Below, in pieces: positions 1 through 8,462 of a DNA stretch of 64,000 nt. The position numbers were made by a program, and so were the translations under genes. The stretch comes from an uncultured Ferruginibacter sp. GTDB lineage: Bacteria > Bacteroidota > Bacteroidia > Chitinophagales > Chitinophagaceae. The notes beneath the pieces were generated by a model. The model did no database searches. It was not told the DNA's origin and saw only the letters and a list, made by a program, of their open reading frames with translations. Location of the stretch: NCBI GenBank assembly GCA_964645235.1, contig CAZYAT010000009.1, positions 9,374 through 73,373 of the forward strand, written 5' to 3'. Numbering within the stretch: position 1 is the stretch's first letter; every line of letters begins with the position of its first letter.

Positions 1-2
1 TT

Positions 3-815
3 ATATCAATTGAATCCTACGCACAGCCCAAGCTGCTTCCGCAGGCCATCATCACTACCAAGACAACGGTCGTTTCACCCGAAGGAGATGAACCGCCTCC
101 CGGTAACTTCACTTCCGAGAACGGCGAGCAGGTAAGGGTGATGCGTTTTGGCGGCGACGGAGAAACAAAGACCACCACCTGGCTGAAGAACGACCTCGTA
201 AAGACCTTATCAGAAAGTGAAATGGGCCGCACCACCCTGATCAGGGATAACAGTAAAAAGATCACCACCACCATCATGGAAATGATGGGGCGCAAAACGG
301 GCTTTTATGCAACGGATGCCGAACAGGAAGAAATGAGAAAGCGGATGGACAGCATGATGCAGGCCAGGAACTCGAATGGAACACAGGCAGGCTCGGGCAA
401 GGCCCCGGAATTCTCGATCGAATACATGGATGAATCAAAGAAGATTGCCGGGTACAACTGCAAAAAAGCCATGATCATTTCTTCCCGGGGCAACGGAAGA
501 AAAGACAGTACAATCGTATGGTACAACCCCGAATTCAAATTGCAGGGCGTCAGCAGCACTGGTGGTGGCCCGGGCGGGTTTGGCGGTCTCGTAAACCAGT
601 CGGCCGGCGGAATGGAAGGACTGAATGGTTTCCCGATGCAATATGAACGTAACATGGGCCGCGGCAGGAAGATGATCGTTGAAGTTATCAAACTTGTTAC
701 TGACAAAGAGATAGCCGATAAGGAATTTGAAATACCAAAAGACATCGAAGTAAAACCAATCAAGGAAATGCAGGGAGGTGGCGGACCGGTGTTCCAGATG
801 AGGGTCGGCAGCTAA
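3..815 (+). CDS. GLPGLI-family-like exported protein, 5' truncated by window edge
   Basis: Frame of ORF 138..815 is open back to position 3 (ISIESYAQPKLLPQAIIT...). Contains KKIAGYNCKKA, IVWYNPE and GLNGFPMQYE, resembling GLPGLI-family motifs. Confidence 0.6.
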   Translation: MSIESYAQPKLLPQAIITTKTTVVSPEGDEPPPGNFTSENGEQVRVMRFGGDGETKTTTWLKNDLVKTLSESEMGRTTLIRDNSKKITTTIMEMMGRKTGFYATDAEQEEMRKRMDSMMQARNSNGTQAGSGKAPEFSIEYMDESKKIAGYNCKKAMIISSRGNGRKDSTIVWYNPEFKLQGVSSTGGGPGGFGGLVNQSAGGMEGLNGFPMQYERNMGRGRKMIVEVIKLVTDKEIADKEFEIPKDIEVKPIKEMQGGGGPVFQMRVGS

Positions 816-829
816 AATGACTCGAAATA

Positions 830-859
830 AAAAATGCCTCCTTCAGGGGAGGCATTTTT
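830..859. terminator. Bidirectional intrinsic terminator
   Basis: AAAAATGCCTCC-ttcagg-GGAGGCATTTTT between convergent genes. Confidence 0.85.
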
Positions 860-875
860 GTATAAAGTTTTTCGA

Positions 876-2147
876 TCAGAGTTTATCCACGTCGGCTTTC
901 TTCTTGGTATACTCTTCCGATTTCTTCAGGTCGCCTTTTTGTTTGTATACGGCGCTCAGCACATCCAGTACCTGCTTGTAGTTCACCTTATCGGAAGTTT
1001 TGTATTCTTTCAGTTTGGAGAAAAGTTCTTCCGCTTTTTCGGCATAGGGCTGGCTTTCCAGGAGCGTTGCCTTGCTCGATGCCATCAGTTCGTTCTTCTT
1101 CTTAACGTCGTCCGGTTTGGTACCTTTTATTTTGTTGGCCTCATCGAGGATATCGAAAGAGACATTGTAATAATAATTTGCCATCAGCATATTGGCGTCG
1201 ATGGTGGAATTGATCTCTATGGCTTTTTTGAAGAGTTCGGGGATCCTCTTTTTATAAGCGCTGATGTCTTTACCCTTTGCATCCTGCGAATAGATGTATT
1301 TCTCCAGTTCGTACCCGTAGTTAAAATACAGCATATAACTATTCGGGTGAGAAGGGATGAGTTCCTCGTAAACTTTAAATGCCTCCTCTCCCTCCAGCCC
1401 TTTCACGGCAAATTCGATCTCGATGGCTTCCCAGTAAGGGTCGGTGGGGTAATTCTTCTTGGCAACGGCCACATATTTATTGAACAGCTCTTTGTTTCCT
1501 TCCTTGCGGTATTTCTTCACCAGTTCGTCGTAGGCTTCTGCATATTTTTCATCGGCAAGGCCGGCATCTGCAATGCGCTTATAATAGCCCAATGCATCAT
1601 CCGTGCGCTTGAGTTCATTGCTCAGTACGGCCAGGTTCCATACAATGTCGGTATCGTGAGCGGCAAACTTCAACCCATTGGGTCCGTTCAACCCCTTGGC
1701 ATATGCCCAGTCGTGCACGTCAAGTGTTTGCTTGAAGAAATCGCAGGAGGTGGCATAGTCCTTCTGGGTATACATTTTCACTCCCAGGTCGTACAGGCCA
1801 TAATACAGGTTGTACAAGGTTGAGTTATTCTCTTCTGTTGTCAATGGCGCCTTGGGGTCAAGTTCCATGTATTTCTTAATAGCGTTAAATGCTTCCTCTG
1901 CCATGTTCCTGCTTTCAGCAGGCGTTTTACCGGCCTGGCGTGAAAGATTACCATAGAGGTAAGCCTTATAATACCAGGCAGCCGGTACTTTGGTCGCATT
2001 TTTTTCGTTGCTCAGGAACTTATCGATCTCGGGTTTGGCTTTGTCGAGCTGGTTCAGGTAAACATATTTTTTAATATCCTCCAGGTCCTGGCCCTGGCTA
2101 ACCAATCCCAACAATACCAACGCAATGGTCAAAATTTTGATCTTCAT
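876..2147 (-). CDS. Exported TPR-like all-helical protein
   Basis: 423 aa; Sec signal MKIKILTIALVLLGLVSQG; repeated TPR-like helices (AWYYKAYLYG, LFKKAIEIN). Confidence 0.7.
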   Translation of the reverse strand: MKIKILTIALVLLGLVSQGQDLEDIKKYVYLNQLDKAKPEIDKFLSNEKNATKVPAAWYYKAYLYGNLSRQAGKTPAESRNMAEEAFNAIKKYMELDPKAPLTTEENNSTLYNLYYGLYDLGVKMYTQKDYATSCDFFKQTLDVHDWAYAKGLNGPNGLKFAAHDTDIVWNLAVLSNELKRTDDALGYYKRIADAGLADEKYAEAYDELVKKYRKEGNKELFNKYVAVAKKNYPTDPYWEAIEIEFAVKGLEGEEAFKVYEELIPSHPNSYMLYFNYGYELEKYIYSQDAKGKDISAYKKRIPELFKKAIEINSTIDANMLMANYYYNVSFDILDEANKIKGTKPDDVKKKNELMASSKATLLESQPYAEKAEELFSKLKEYKTSDKVNYKQVLDVLSAVYKQKGDLKKSEEYTKKKADVDKL

Positions 2148-2312
2148 GATGTCGTATTATTTTTTGGATGCTAAAGGTAGCTATTATTGTTATGCTGGAT
2201 GATATCCCGGCGAAAATTTCACAAATCGAAGCCGGATTTTATATTTTCGCCCGGCCCTGAAATACAGGTGCCGATACCTGAAATACCGTAAATTACACGC
2301 CCAATAACAAAG

Positions 2313-4259
2313 GTGATATCTCAGAACAGCATACAGCAAATTCTCAGCAGGATCGACATTGTGGATATCGTCGGTTCCTTCGTTAAGCTGAAAAAAAGGG
2401 GGGCCAACTACCTCGGCCTCTGCCCTTTTCATAATGAGAAAACGCCTTCGTTCACGGTCTCGCCCTCGAAGGAGATCTATAAATGTTTCGGATGCGGGCG
2501 CAGCGGCAACAGCGTAAGTTTCCTGATGGAGCATGAGAAATACAGCTACGTGGAAGCGCTCCGCTGGCTGGCAGCCAAGTATAATGTAGAGATCGAAGAA
2601 ACAGAGACCAGCCCCGAATACAAACAACAGCAACAGGTTGCCGACAGCCTTTACATCATTAATAATTTTGCACAGAAATTCTTTACAGATGTACTGTTCA
2701 ATACCGAAGAAGGCCAGGACATCGGCATGAGCTACCTGAAGGAACGTGGTTTCAGGGAAGATACCATCCACAAGTTCCAGCTGGGCTATAATCCTGAATC
2801 AAGGGACAGCTTCACCAAAGCAGCACTCGCTTCCCAATACAGCCTGGATTACCTGCAGAAGACCGGCCTGGTTAATCTACGCGACGGCAATGCATTCGAC
2901 AATTACCGGGGGCGCATCATCTTCCCTGTGCATAACCAGAGTGGTAAAGTGCTGGGCTTTGGCGCCAGGATCATTAAGAAGAACGACAAAGCTCCCAAGT
3001 ATATCAACAGCCCCGAGAACGAGATTTACATAAAGAGCAAGATCCTGTACGGTTCTTATTTTGCCCGCCAGGCGATCGACAAAGCAGATGAATGTTTACT
3101 GGTGGAAGGTTATACCGACGTGATCAGCCTTCACCAGGCCGGTATTGAAAACGTGGTTGCCAGCGGCGGTACTTCGCTCACACCCGACCAGCTGCGCCTG
3201 ATAAAAAAATACACCAACAACCTCACCATTGTATACGACGGTGACAGTGCGGGCATCAAAGCCGCCCTTCGCGGGCTTGACCTTGCGCTGGAAGAAAGCC
3301 TGAATGTCAAACTGGTACTCATACCCGATAATGAAGACCCGGATAGCTATGTCAACAAAGTGGGTGCATCCGCTTTCAATGAATTCGTCAGGGACAACAA
3401 GAAAGATTTCATCCTGTTCCAGCTTGAGATCGCACTAAAGGATGCAGGTAACGACAGCACCAAAAAATCGATCGTGGTGAACCAGGTAGCCGAAACCATT
3501 TCGAAGATCAACAAAGCAGAAGATTTTACCAGGCAGCAGGATTATATCAAGCAATGCGCCGAGATCCTGAAGATAGAGGAAAGCGGCCTGCATGCACTGG
3601 TGAATAAATTCATCCGGGAAAAAGTCAATAAAGAAGAATACCGGTCTAACCGGGAACAACGGTTCGAATCGGAAACTACCGGGAGCGAACCATTGTCTGA
3701 GGCTGATATGGATGCCATTGCCTTATTCAATAAGGATGAGCTGTTCGAACAGGCCATGATCCGCAGCCTGCTCGAATTCGGGCTCAAACAATGGAGCCCC
3801 GAAATGAAAGTAGCGGATTATATTTTTAAGGAAGTAGAAGAGAATCATCTTGAAGAACTGATCGATAACGGTGAGCTGGTACGTGTTTATAACACCTACA
3901 AAACGTGGTACGAGGCCGGCCTGGAACCCACTGCCAAGAATTTCCTTTACCACGAAGACATCAAACTGAGTTCACTTGTTGTGAACATCATGGATTTTAA
4001 CCATGAGATCAGCCCGAACTGGAAAGAACATTACGACGGGCATATTGCCACGCGGGAAGAGTTATTTGCCGAAGAGGTTTTCTCCACGCTCAACTATCTC
4101 AAGTTGCGGAAAATAAAAAGGCTGATGGATGAGAACCAGCGGGACCTCGAAAAAAGTCATACAGCCGAAGACCAGCTCGTGCTCGTACAAACGCACCAGC
4201 ACCTGAAGCAGATGGAGATCGAACTGACGAAGCGGCTTGGAACGGTCATTTTCCGATAG
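2313..4259 (+). CDS. dnaG: DNA primase
   Basis: CHC2 zinc finger CPFHNEKTPSF...CFGC; Toprim motifs EGYTD and YDGDSAG; GTG start. Confidence 0.98.
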   Translation: MISQNSIQQILSRIDIVDIVGSFVKLKKRGANYLGLCPFHNEKTPSFTVSPSKEIYKCFGCGRSGNSVSFLMEHEKYSYVEALRWLAAKYNVEIEETETSPEYKQQQQVADSLYIINNFAQKFFTDVLFNTEEGQDIGMSYLKERGFREDTIHKFQLGYNPESRDSFTKAALASQYSLDYLQKTGLVNLRDGNAFDNYRGRIIFPVHNQSGKVLGFGARIIKKNDKAPKYINSPENEIYIKSKILYGSYFARQAIDKADECLLVEGYTDVISLHQAGIENVVASGGTSLTPDQLRLIKKYTNNLTIVYDGDSAGIKAALRGLDLALEESLNVKLVLIPDNEDPDSYVNKVGASAFNEFVRDNKKDFILFQLEIALKDAGNDSTKKSIVVNQVAETISKINKAEDFTRQQDYIKQCAEILKIEESGLHALVNKFIREKVNKEEYRSNREQRFESETTGSEPLSEADMDAIALFNKDELFEQAMIRSLLEFGLKQWSPEMKVADYIFKEVEENHLEELIDNGELVRVYNTYKTWYEAGLEPTAKNFLYHEDIKLSSLVVNIMDFNHEISPNWKEHYDGHIATREELFAEEVFSTLNYLKLRKIKRLMDENQRDLEKSHTAEDQLVLVQTHQHLKQMEIELTKRLGTVIFR

Positions 4260-4268
4260 ATATCAAAA

Positions 4269-4303
4269 AGTATTGAACATTGAATATTCCAATGTTCAAT
4301 ACT
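4269..4303. repeat. Perfect 14-bp inverted repeat built from ATTGAA(C/T) heptamers; probable terminator
   Basis: AGTATTGAACATTG-aatattc-CAATGTTCAATACT between convergent dnaG and DUF4349 gene. Confidence 0.8.
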
Positions 4304-4316
4304 CAAGAAATAATGC

Positions 4317-5234
4317 TCAATTGGTAACGCTGTTGTTTGCTATTACCTTCCCCGGCTTCATCCTTTTCCACACGAGGTAAACCCCCGCTGCCAGCAGTAA
4401 CAAGGGCCAGATGCTGATCAGTCCTACAAACAGGTCGGCTACGAATGCGCCACCGGTTTTAAATGCCGCCGCAATCCGGGATGTAATACCGGGATGTTCC
4501 TCCGGTCCCACGTATCCGGCCGCAGGCTGAAAGAATGTGAGCTGGATGGTGCTGAATAATGCCTGCCGTGAAAGCGATTGAATACGACCTGCTGCCGACT
4601 CCAGTTCTTCCTGTATGTTGTTCACGCTGTTCTGTACCTGCAGCACGTCTTCCATGTTTTTCGATTGCTGGATGAGCTCCAGGTATCTTGCCCGCATCTT
4701 CTTTTTCGCCTCAAGTCTTGATTGGGTATCGATAATATCGGTGGTAACGTCTTCGGTACTTATCTTCCGTTCCAGCACTTTGTCTTCTTCACCGGACAAT
4801 TGATTGATCATGTTTTCAAACTGGTCTACCGGCACTTTAATGGTGATGACGGTTTCTGTTTTTTCTCCGCTGCTGTTCTGTTCTTCCTGGGCGATGTAAC
4901 CACCATATTGCTTGATGGTAGTATGAACGGTGTTGCTGAAATTCCGGAAGTTCTTCACTTCCACTTTCAGTGTTCCCGTTTTTATCATTTTCTTATCCCA
5001 ACCGGGATTGAGTGATGTGGGCTTTTGCAGCGGGGCTGCCGAATCGGCGAATACCGGTTGCGGGGGAGCTACGGGTATTTGTTGCTTTTCGTTATCCACC
5101 TTTGTTTGAGGAGGTTCGTACCCGGGTTTCAGTTCAATAAGATCGGCCGTCATCGCCTTTTGTTCACTGTTTCGGCTGCAGGAAAAGAAAATAACGGTAA
5201 GTAGCAGGAAGGCTGCAATTGGTTTTGTTTTCAT
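4317..5234 (-). CDS. DUF4349 domain lipoprotein
   Basis: Lipobox FFSC; KMIKTGTLKVEV, DVTTDIIDTQSRLEAKK coiled coil; C-terminal TM helix. Confidence 0.85.
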   Translation of the reverse strand: MKTKPIAAFLLLTVIFFSCSRNSEQKAMTADLIELKPGYEPPQTKVDNEKQQIPVAPPQPVFADSAAPLQKPTSLNPGWDKKMIKTGTLKVEVKNFRNFSNTVHTTIKQYGGYIAQEEQNSSGEKTETVITIKVPVDQFENMINQLSGEEDKVLERKISTEDVTTDIIDTQSRLEAKKKMRARYLELIQQSKNMEDVLQVQNSVNNIQEELESAAGRIQSLSRQALFSTIQLTFFQPAAGYVGPEEHPGITSRIAAAFKTGGAFVADLFVGLISIWPLLLLAAGVYLVWKRMKPGKVIANNSVTN

Positions 5235-5385
5235 AACAATGAGTTTAGATGAATGAGATACTCATTGATACGAAATGCATAAAAGATGTAACCGGGGGAA
5301 GATGTTAAATGAAATCAAAGATAATTTGGTGATTGCTTACTTTACAGGAGTAACGGATCTGGTGAAATACTAAATTATCAAATTG

Positions 5386-5796
5386 TCACTTCTCTCCCGC
5401 CATCTTCATAATAAGATCCCACTCCGCAGGCTTTACGGTTTGCACGCTCAGCCTTCCGAGGCGCACAAGGTCCATATCGGCAAAGCGCTTATCTGCTTTT
5501 AATACCGTAAGCGGAACCCGTTTCTTCAATGCTTTTACCGCTTTGATGTCAACAGCCACCCAGCGATCATCATCGGTGGTGGGATCAGGATAAGCTTCTT
5601 TCGCCACTTTGGCAATGCCAACGATCTCCACACCTTCGTTGCTGTGATAGAAAAGTACTTCATCCCCTTTCTTCATTGCATTCAGATTCAGCCGGGCCGC
5701 ATAGTTGCGTACGCCGCTCCAGCAGGTTTGTTTTTCTTTCGTCAGTTGGTCCCAGCTGTATGCCGCCGGTTCGGATTTTACTAGCCAATATGCCAT
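5386..5796 (-). CDS. EVE domain protein
   Basis: MAYWLVKSEP, WSGVRNYAARLNL, GDEVLFYHS, RLSVQ. Start set at 5796 instead of the 5922 of the ORF track. Confidence 0.92.
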   Translation of the reverse strand: MAYWLVKSEPAAYSWDQLTKEKQTCWSGVRNYAARLNLNAMKKGDEVLFYHSNEGVEIVGIAKVAKEAYPDPTTDDDRWVAVDIKAVKALKKRVPLTVLKADKRFADMDLVRLGRLSVQTVKPAEWDLIMKMAGEK

Positions 5797-5902
5797 GAGG
5801 AAACAAAAATTAAGAATGAATAATGAAGTATGAATACCGGTTTCAAATGTAACCATATTATCCATGCAACGATGTGATTTCAACTTTTTTTCCACGGAGT
5901 AA

Positions 5903-5926
5903 ATCCAATCTTCTTCCTGCACCGTA
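5903..5926 (+). promoter_or_regulatory. Putative ECF-sigma promoter of DUF4331 operon
   Basis: ATCCAA-N14-CGTA; same geometry recurs at 7670 (+) and 11690 (-). Confidence 0.65.
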
Positions 5927-5988
5927 ATTAATCCCGTTGTCGGCCTTACGACAAAAAAGCTAAAATCATTAATCTAAAAACAATTACA

Positions 5989-6654
5989 ATGAAAAGAAAA
6001 AAACTGCTGCTGGCAGCCATTGCTGCAGCAACACTGATCACCGGGGGTATCCTCTATGCGGCTGACCACATAGACACACCTGCTGTTACTGCTCAGCCCG
6101 GTGATATCACCGACCTGTATGTATTCCGTGCCCAGGACCCCAACAACCTGGTATTTGTTGCCAACACACAGGGATTGCTTTCCCCGGGCGGTACTGCTGC
6201 CGCCAAGTTCGACGAGAACACACTCATCGAATTCAATGTTGACAATAATGCCGACAATGTGGAAGACCTCGTCATTCAATGCAGGTATGATGCTGCTTCC
6301 AACAGTGTAAAGGTATACGGCCCTGTTGCACCATCTGAAAAAGGAACAAGAAGCAAGATCGAAGGAGATGCAAGCGCTTCGGTAACCGTAACCGCTTACG
6401 GAGCAGCATCACCCGTAATCGGTACCGGAACTGGTGGCGTCAAAGTATTCGCCGGGCCAAGGGACGATCCTTTTTTCTTCGACCTGAACCGCTATAAAGG
6501 CATACTGGCCGGTACCTATCCCGGCTTTGCCAACCCCGGTACCGACACATTTGCCGGCACCAACGTATTGAGCATCGTCGTGGAAGTTCCTAAAAACCTG
6601 CTCGGTACTTCCGGCAGTATCAATGTATGGCTTGAAACGAAAAAGAAGATCTGA
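5989..6654 (+). CDS. DUF4331-family secreted protein (N-terminal-half type)
   Basis: Signal peptide then ADHIDTP, DITDLYVF, VFAGPRDDPFFFD, DTFAGTNVLSIVVEVP. Confidence 0.85.
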   Translation: MKRKKLLLAAIAAATLITGGILYAADHIDTPAVTAQPGDITDLYVFRAQDPNNLVFVANTQGLLSPGGTAAAKFDENTLIEFNVDNNADNVEDLVIQCRYDAASNSVKVYGPVAPSEKGTRSKIEGDASASVTVTAYGAASPVIGTGTGGVKVFAGPRDDPFFFDLNRYKGILAGTYPGFANPGTDTFAGTNVLSIVVEVPKNLLGTSGSINVWLETKKKI

Positions 6655-6680
6655 TCCATCAACCAATAAAAAAGAAAAAA

Positions 6681-7208
6681 ATGAAAACAATAAAGTTATT
6701 AGCGATCGTATTAGGAAGCAGTTTGATCGCTGCATCCTGCAAAAAAAGTGACGACACCCCTGCTCCTACAGTCTACTACCAGCAGCAGGACCAGATGGGC
6801 CGCCCCGCCATCAATACTGTGTTCAATGTATCGGCAACAGACAAGGATGCGTTTAACGTAACGATCCCATCTGCACAGAACGCAGCGTTCCAGGCCAAAT
6901 TCCAGGCAAGATTGCTGGCACTGAATCCAGGCTACACCACCAACGCCCTCACGTTAAATGCATCTGCATTTACCGGTGTGCTGGCAACCGATGTACTCGG
7001 TGTTTCCACCACGGGCGTAACCACCTTCTTCGATGGCACCAATGTGCTCACCGGAAGAAAACTGGATGATGACGTGATCGATACCGAATTGCTGCTCATC
7101 TTCGGCGGCCCCACAGGCGCCGGCAACCCGGCCCTCACCAAAGACAATGTGAATGCGAACGATAAAGCCTTCACAGTATCCTTCCCGTACCTGGCAAATC
7201 CCTGGTAA
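6681..7208 (+). CDS. DUF4331-family lipoprotein (C-terminal-half type)
   Basis: Lipobox IAASC then KKSDD; DQMGRPAINTVF, GRKLDDDVID, FPYLANPW. Confidence 0.8.
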   Translation: MKTIKLLAIVLGSSLIAASCKKSDDTPAPTVYYQQQDQMGRPAINTVFNVSATDKDAFNVTIPSAQNAAFQAKFQARLLALNPGYTTNALTLNASAFTGVLATDVLGVSTTGVTTFFDGTNVLTGRKLDDDVIDTELLLIFGGPTGAGNPALTKDNVNANDKAFTVSFPYLANPW

Positions 7209-7224
7209 TAGAACAGATAGCAGG

Positions 7225-7251
7225 AAAGGCGGAGAACATTCTCCGCCTTTT
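7225..7251 (+). terminator. Intrinsic terminator after DUF4331 pair
   Basis: AAAGGCGGAGA-acat-TCTCCGCCTTTT. Confidence 0.85.
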
Positions 7252-7286
7252 ACTTCAGGAATGGTCACCACGTCTAACCAATCACA

Positions 7287-7670
7287 ATGAAACGATTTCT
7301 TTTAATACTATCACTTAGCATCCACATTGTTATTACAGGCAATGCACAACAACCATCCACGCCTGCAACACCAACCCCTTCTCCAGCGTATCACCGCCAC
7401 CCGCTTCATTTTTCCAGGCATTCCCTCAACCGGTATTTTGCTGGTGAAACGGCTAAGAATTCCATTAAAGAGATCATTAATGAAGGGTACAGTTTACCCG
7501 TACGGCGAACGGTATTAATGGCTATATCCCTGTCGTACCCTGACCTGCTGGAGAATGCCATTAACCGGTGCAGGCCCAACCTGGTAAACACGTATGACGA
7601 TGAAGTACCGGAAATAACCGATGATGCCACGATGCTGTTCAGGGTCAAACTTGTTTTTCCTTTCCGATGA
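7287..7670 (+). CDS. Hypothetical secreted protein
   Basis: 127 aa; Sec signal MKRFLLILSLSIHIVITGNAQ; Pro/Thr linker; no family recognised. Confidence 0.6.
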   Translation: MKRFLLILSLSIHIVITGNAQQPSTPATPTPSPAYHRHPLHFSRHSLNRYFAGETAKNSIKEIINEGYSLPVRRTVLMAISLSYPDLLENAINRCRPNLVNTYDDEVPEITDDATMLFRVKLVFPFR

Positions 7671-7693
7671 ACCAATTCCCCTGATGCTCCGTA
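7670..7693 (+). promoter_or_regulatory. Putative ECF-sigma promoter of HupE/UreJ gene
   Basis: AACCAA-N14-CGTA, 28 nt before the ATG at 7722. Confidence 0.65.
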
Positions 7694-7721
7694 TGTATAG
7701 TCATTAAACAACTGCTGAATC

Positions 7722-8399
7722 ATGCAAATACATAACCGCCGGTATCCACGCAGGACATTCGTGGTCTTCTTTGCCTTATTGTTGTCGATCAATCCTCTTT
7801 TCGCCCACGACGTGGTGGGAGAACTGGAAAAGATGAACGGCACGGAAGCGGCAATGCTCTACCTCAAATTGGGTTTTGCACATATCATCCCATTGGGCCT
7901 GGACCACATAGTCTTTGTATTGAGTTTATTCCTGCTCAGTCCGAAGTTAAAACCCGTACTCTGGCAGGCTACCGCATTCACAGTTGCTCATTCCATTACC
8001 CTCGGGCTGGTTATGTTCAATGTATTCACTCCCTCACCTAAGATCGTTGAGCCTATCATAGCCTTATCCATCTTATACGTTGCACTCGAAAATATATTCT
8101 CGCCGGAATTGAAAAAATCAAGGCTCGGTATCGTGTTCCTTTTCGGGCTTGTACACGGGATGGGGTTTGCCAATGCATTGGGCGAACTGGGTTTGCCAAG
8201 GAGTTCCTACCTCACGTCTTTACTAATGTTCAACCTGGGTGTAGAGGTCGGACAGGTAGTAGTGATCCTTTCCGCCTTTTTGTTGTTCGGAAAATGGTTT
8301 GGACAAAAGTCTTATTACCGTAAAACCATTGTCGTTCCCCTTTCCGTCATGATCGCATTGACGGCGCTGTACTGGACAGTTCAGCGGCTGTTCTTTTAG
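7722..8399 (+). CDS. HupE/UreJ-family membrane protein
   Basis: GLDHIVF, FTVAHSITL, FGLVHGMGFA, FNLGVEVGQ; multiple TM helices; FA|HDVV predicted mature N-terminus. Confidence 0.9.
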   Translation: MQIHNRRYPRRTFVVFFALLLSINPLFAHDVVGELEKMNGTEAAMLYLKLGFAHIIPLGLDHIVFVLSLFLLSPKLKPVLWQATAFTVAHSITLGLVMFNVFTPSPKIVEPIIALSILYVALENIFSPELKKSRLGIVFLFGLVHGMGFANALGELGLPRSSYLTSLLMFNLGVEVGQVVVILSAFLLFGKWFGQKSYYRKTIVVPLSVMIALTALYWTVQRLFF

Positions 8400-8427
8400 G
8401 CAGTTACCAAACAAAGCAAGAAACGGG

Positions 8428-8458
8428 TTTGAACCGGCCGTTCACATACGTAGCTTTG
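8428..8458 (+). promoter_or_regulatory. Bacteroidota sigma-A promoter (-33/-7)
   Basis: TTTG at 8428-8431, 19-nt spacer, TAGCTTTG at 8451-8458 just before the ada/ogt ATG. Confidence 0.75.
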
Positions 8459-8462
8459 CTGT

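Noticed and set aside
834-1823. 329-aa plus-strand ORF
   Set aside because: Fully antisense to the TPR gene, starts inside the terminator, no recognisable motifs: shadow ORF.
2190-2771. 193-aa minus-strand ORF
   Set aside because: Antisense shadow of dnaG.
5262-5310. Minus-strand GTTACA-N14-CGTA before the DUF4349 gene
   Set aside because: ECF-like geometry but a different -35 and only one copy; cannot be supported as a motif.
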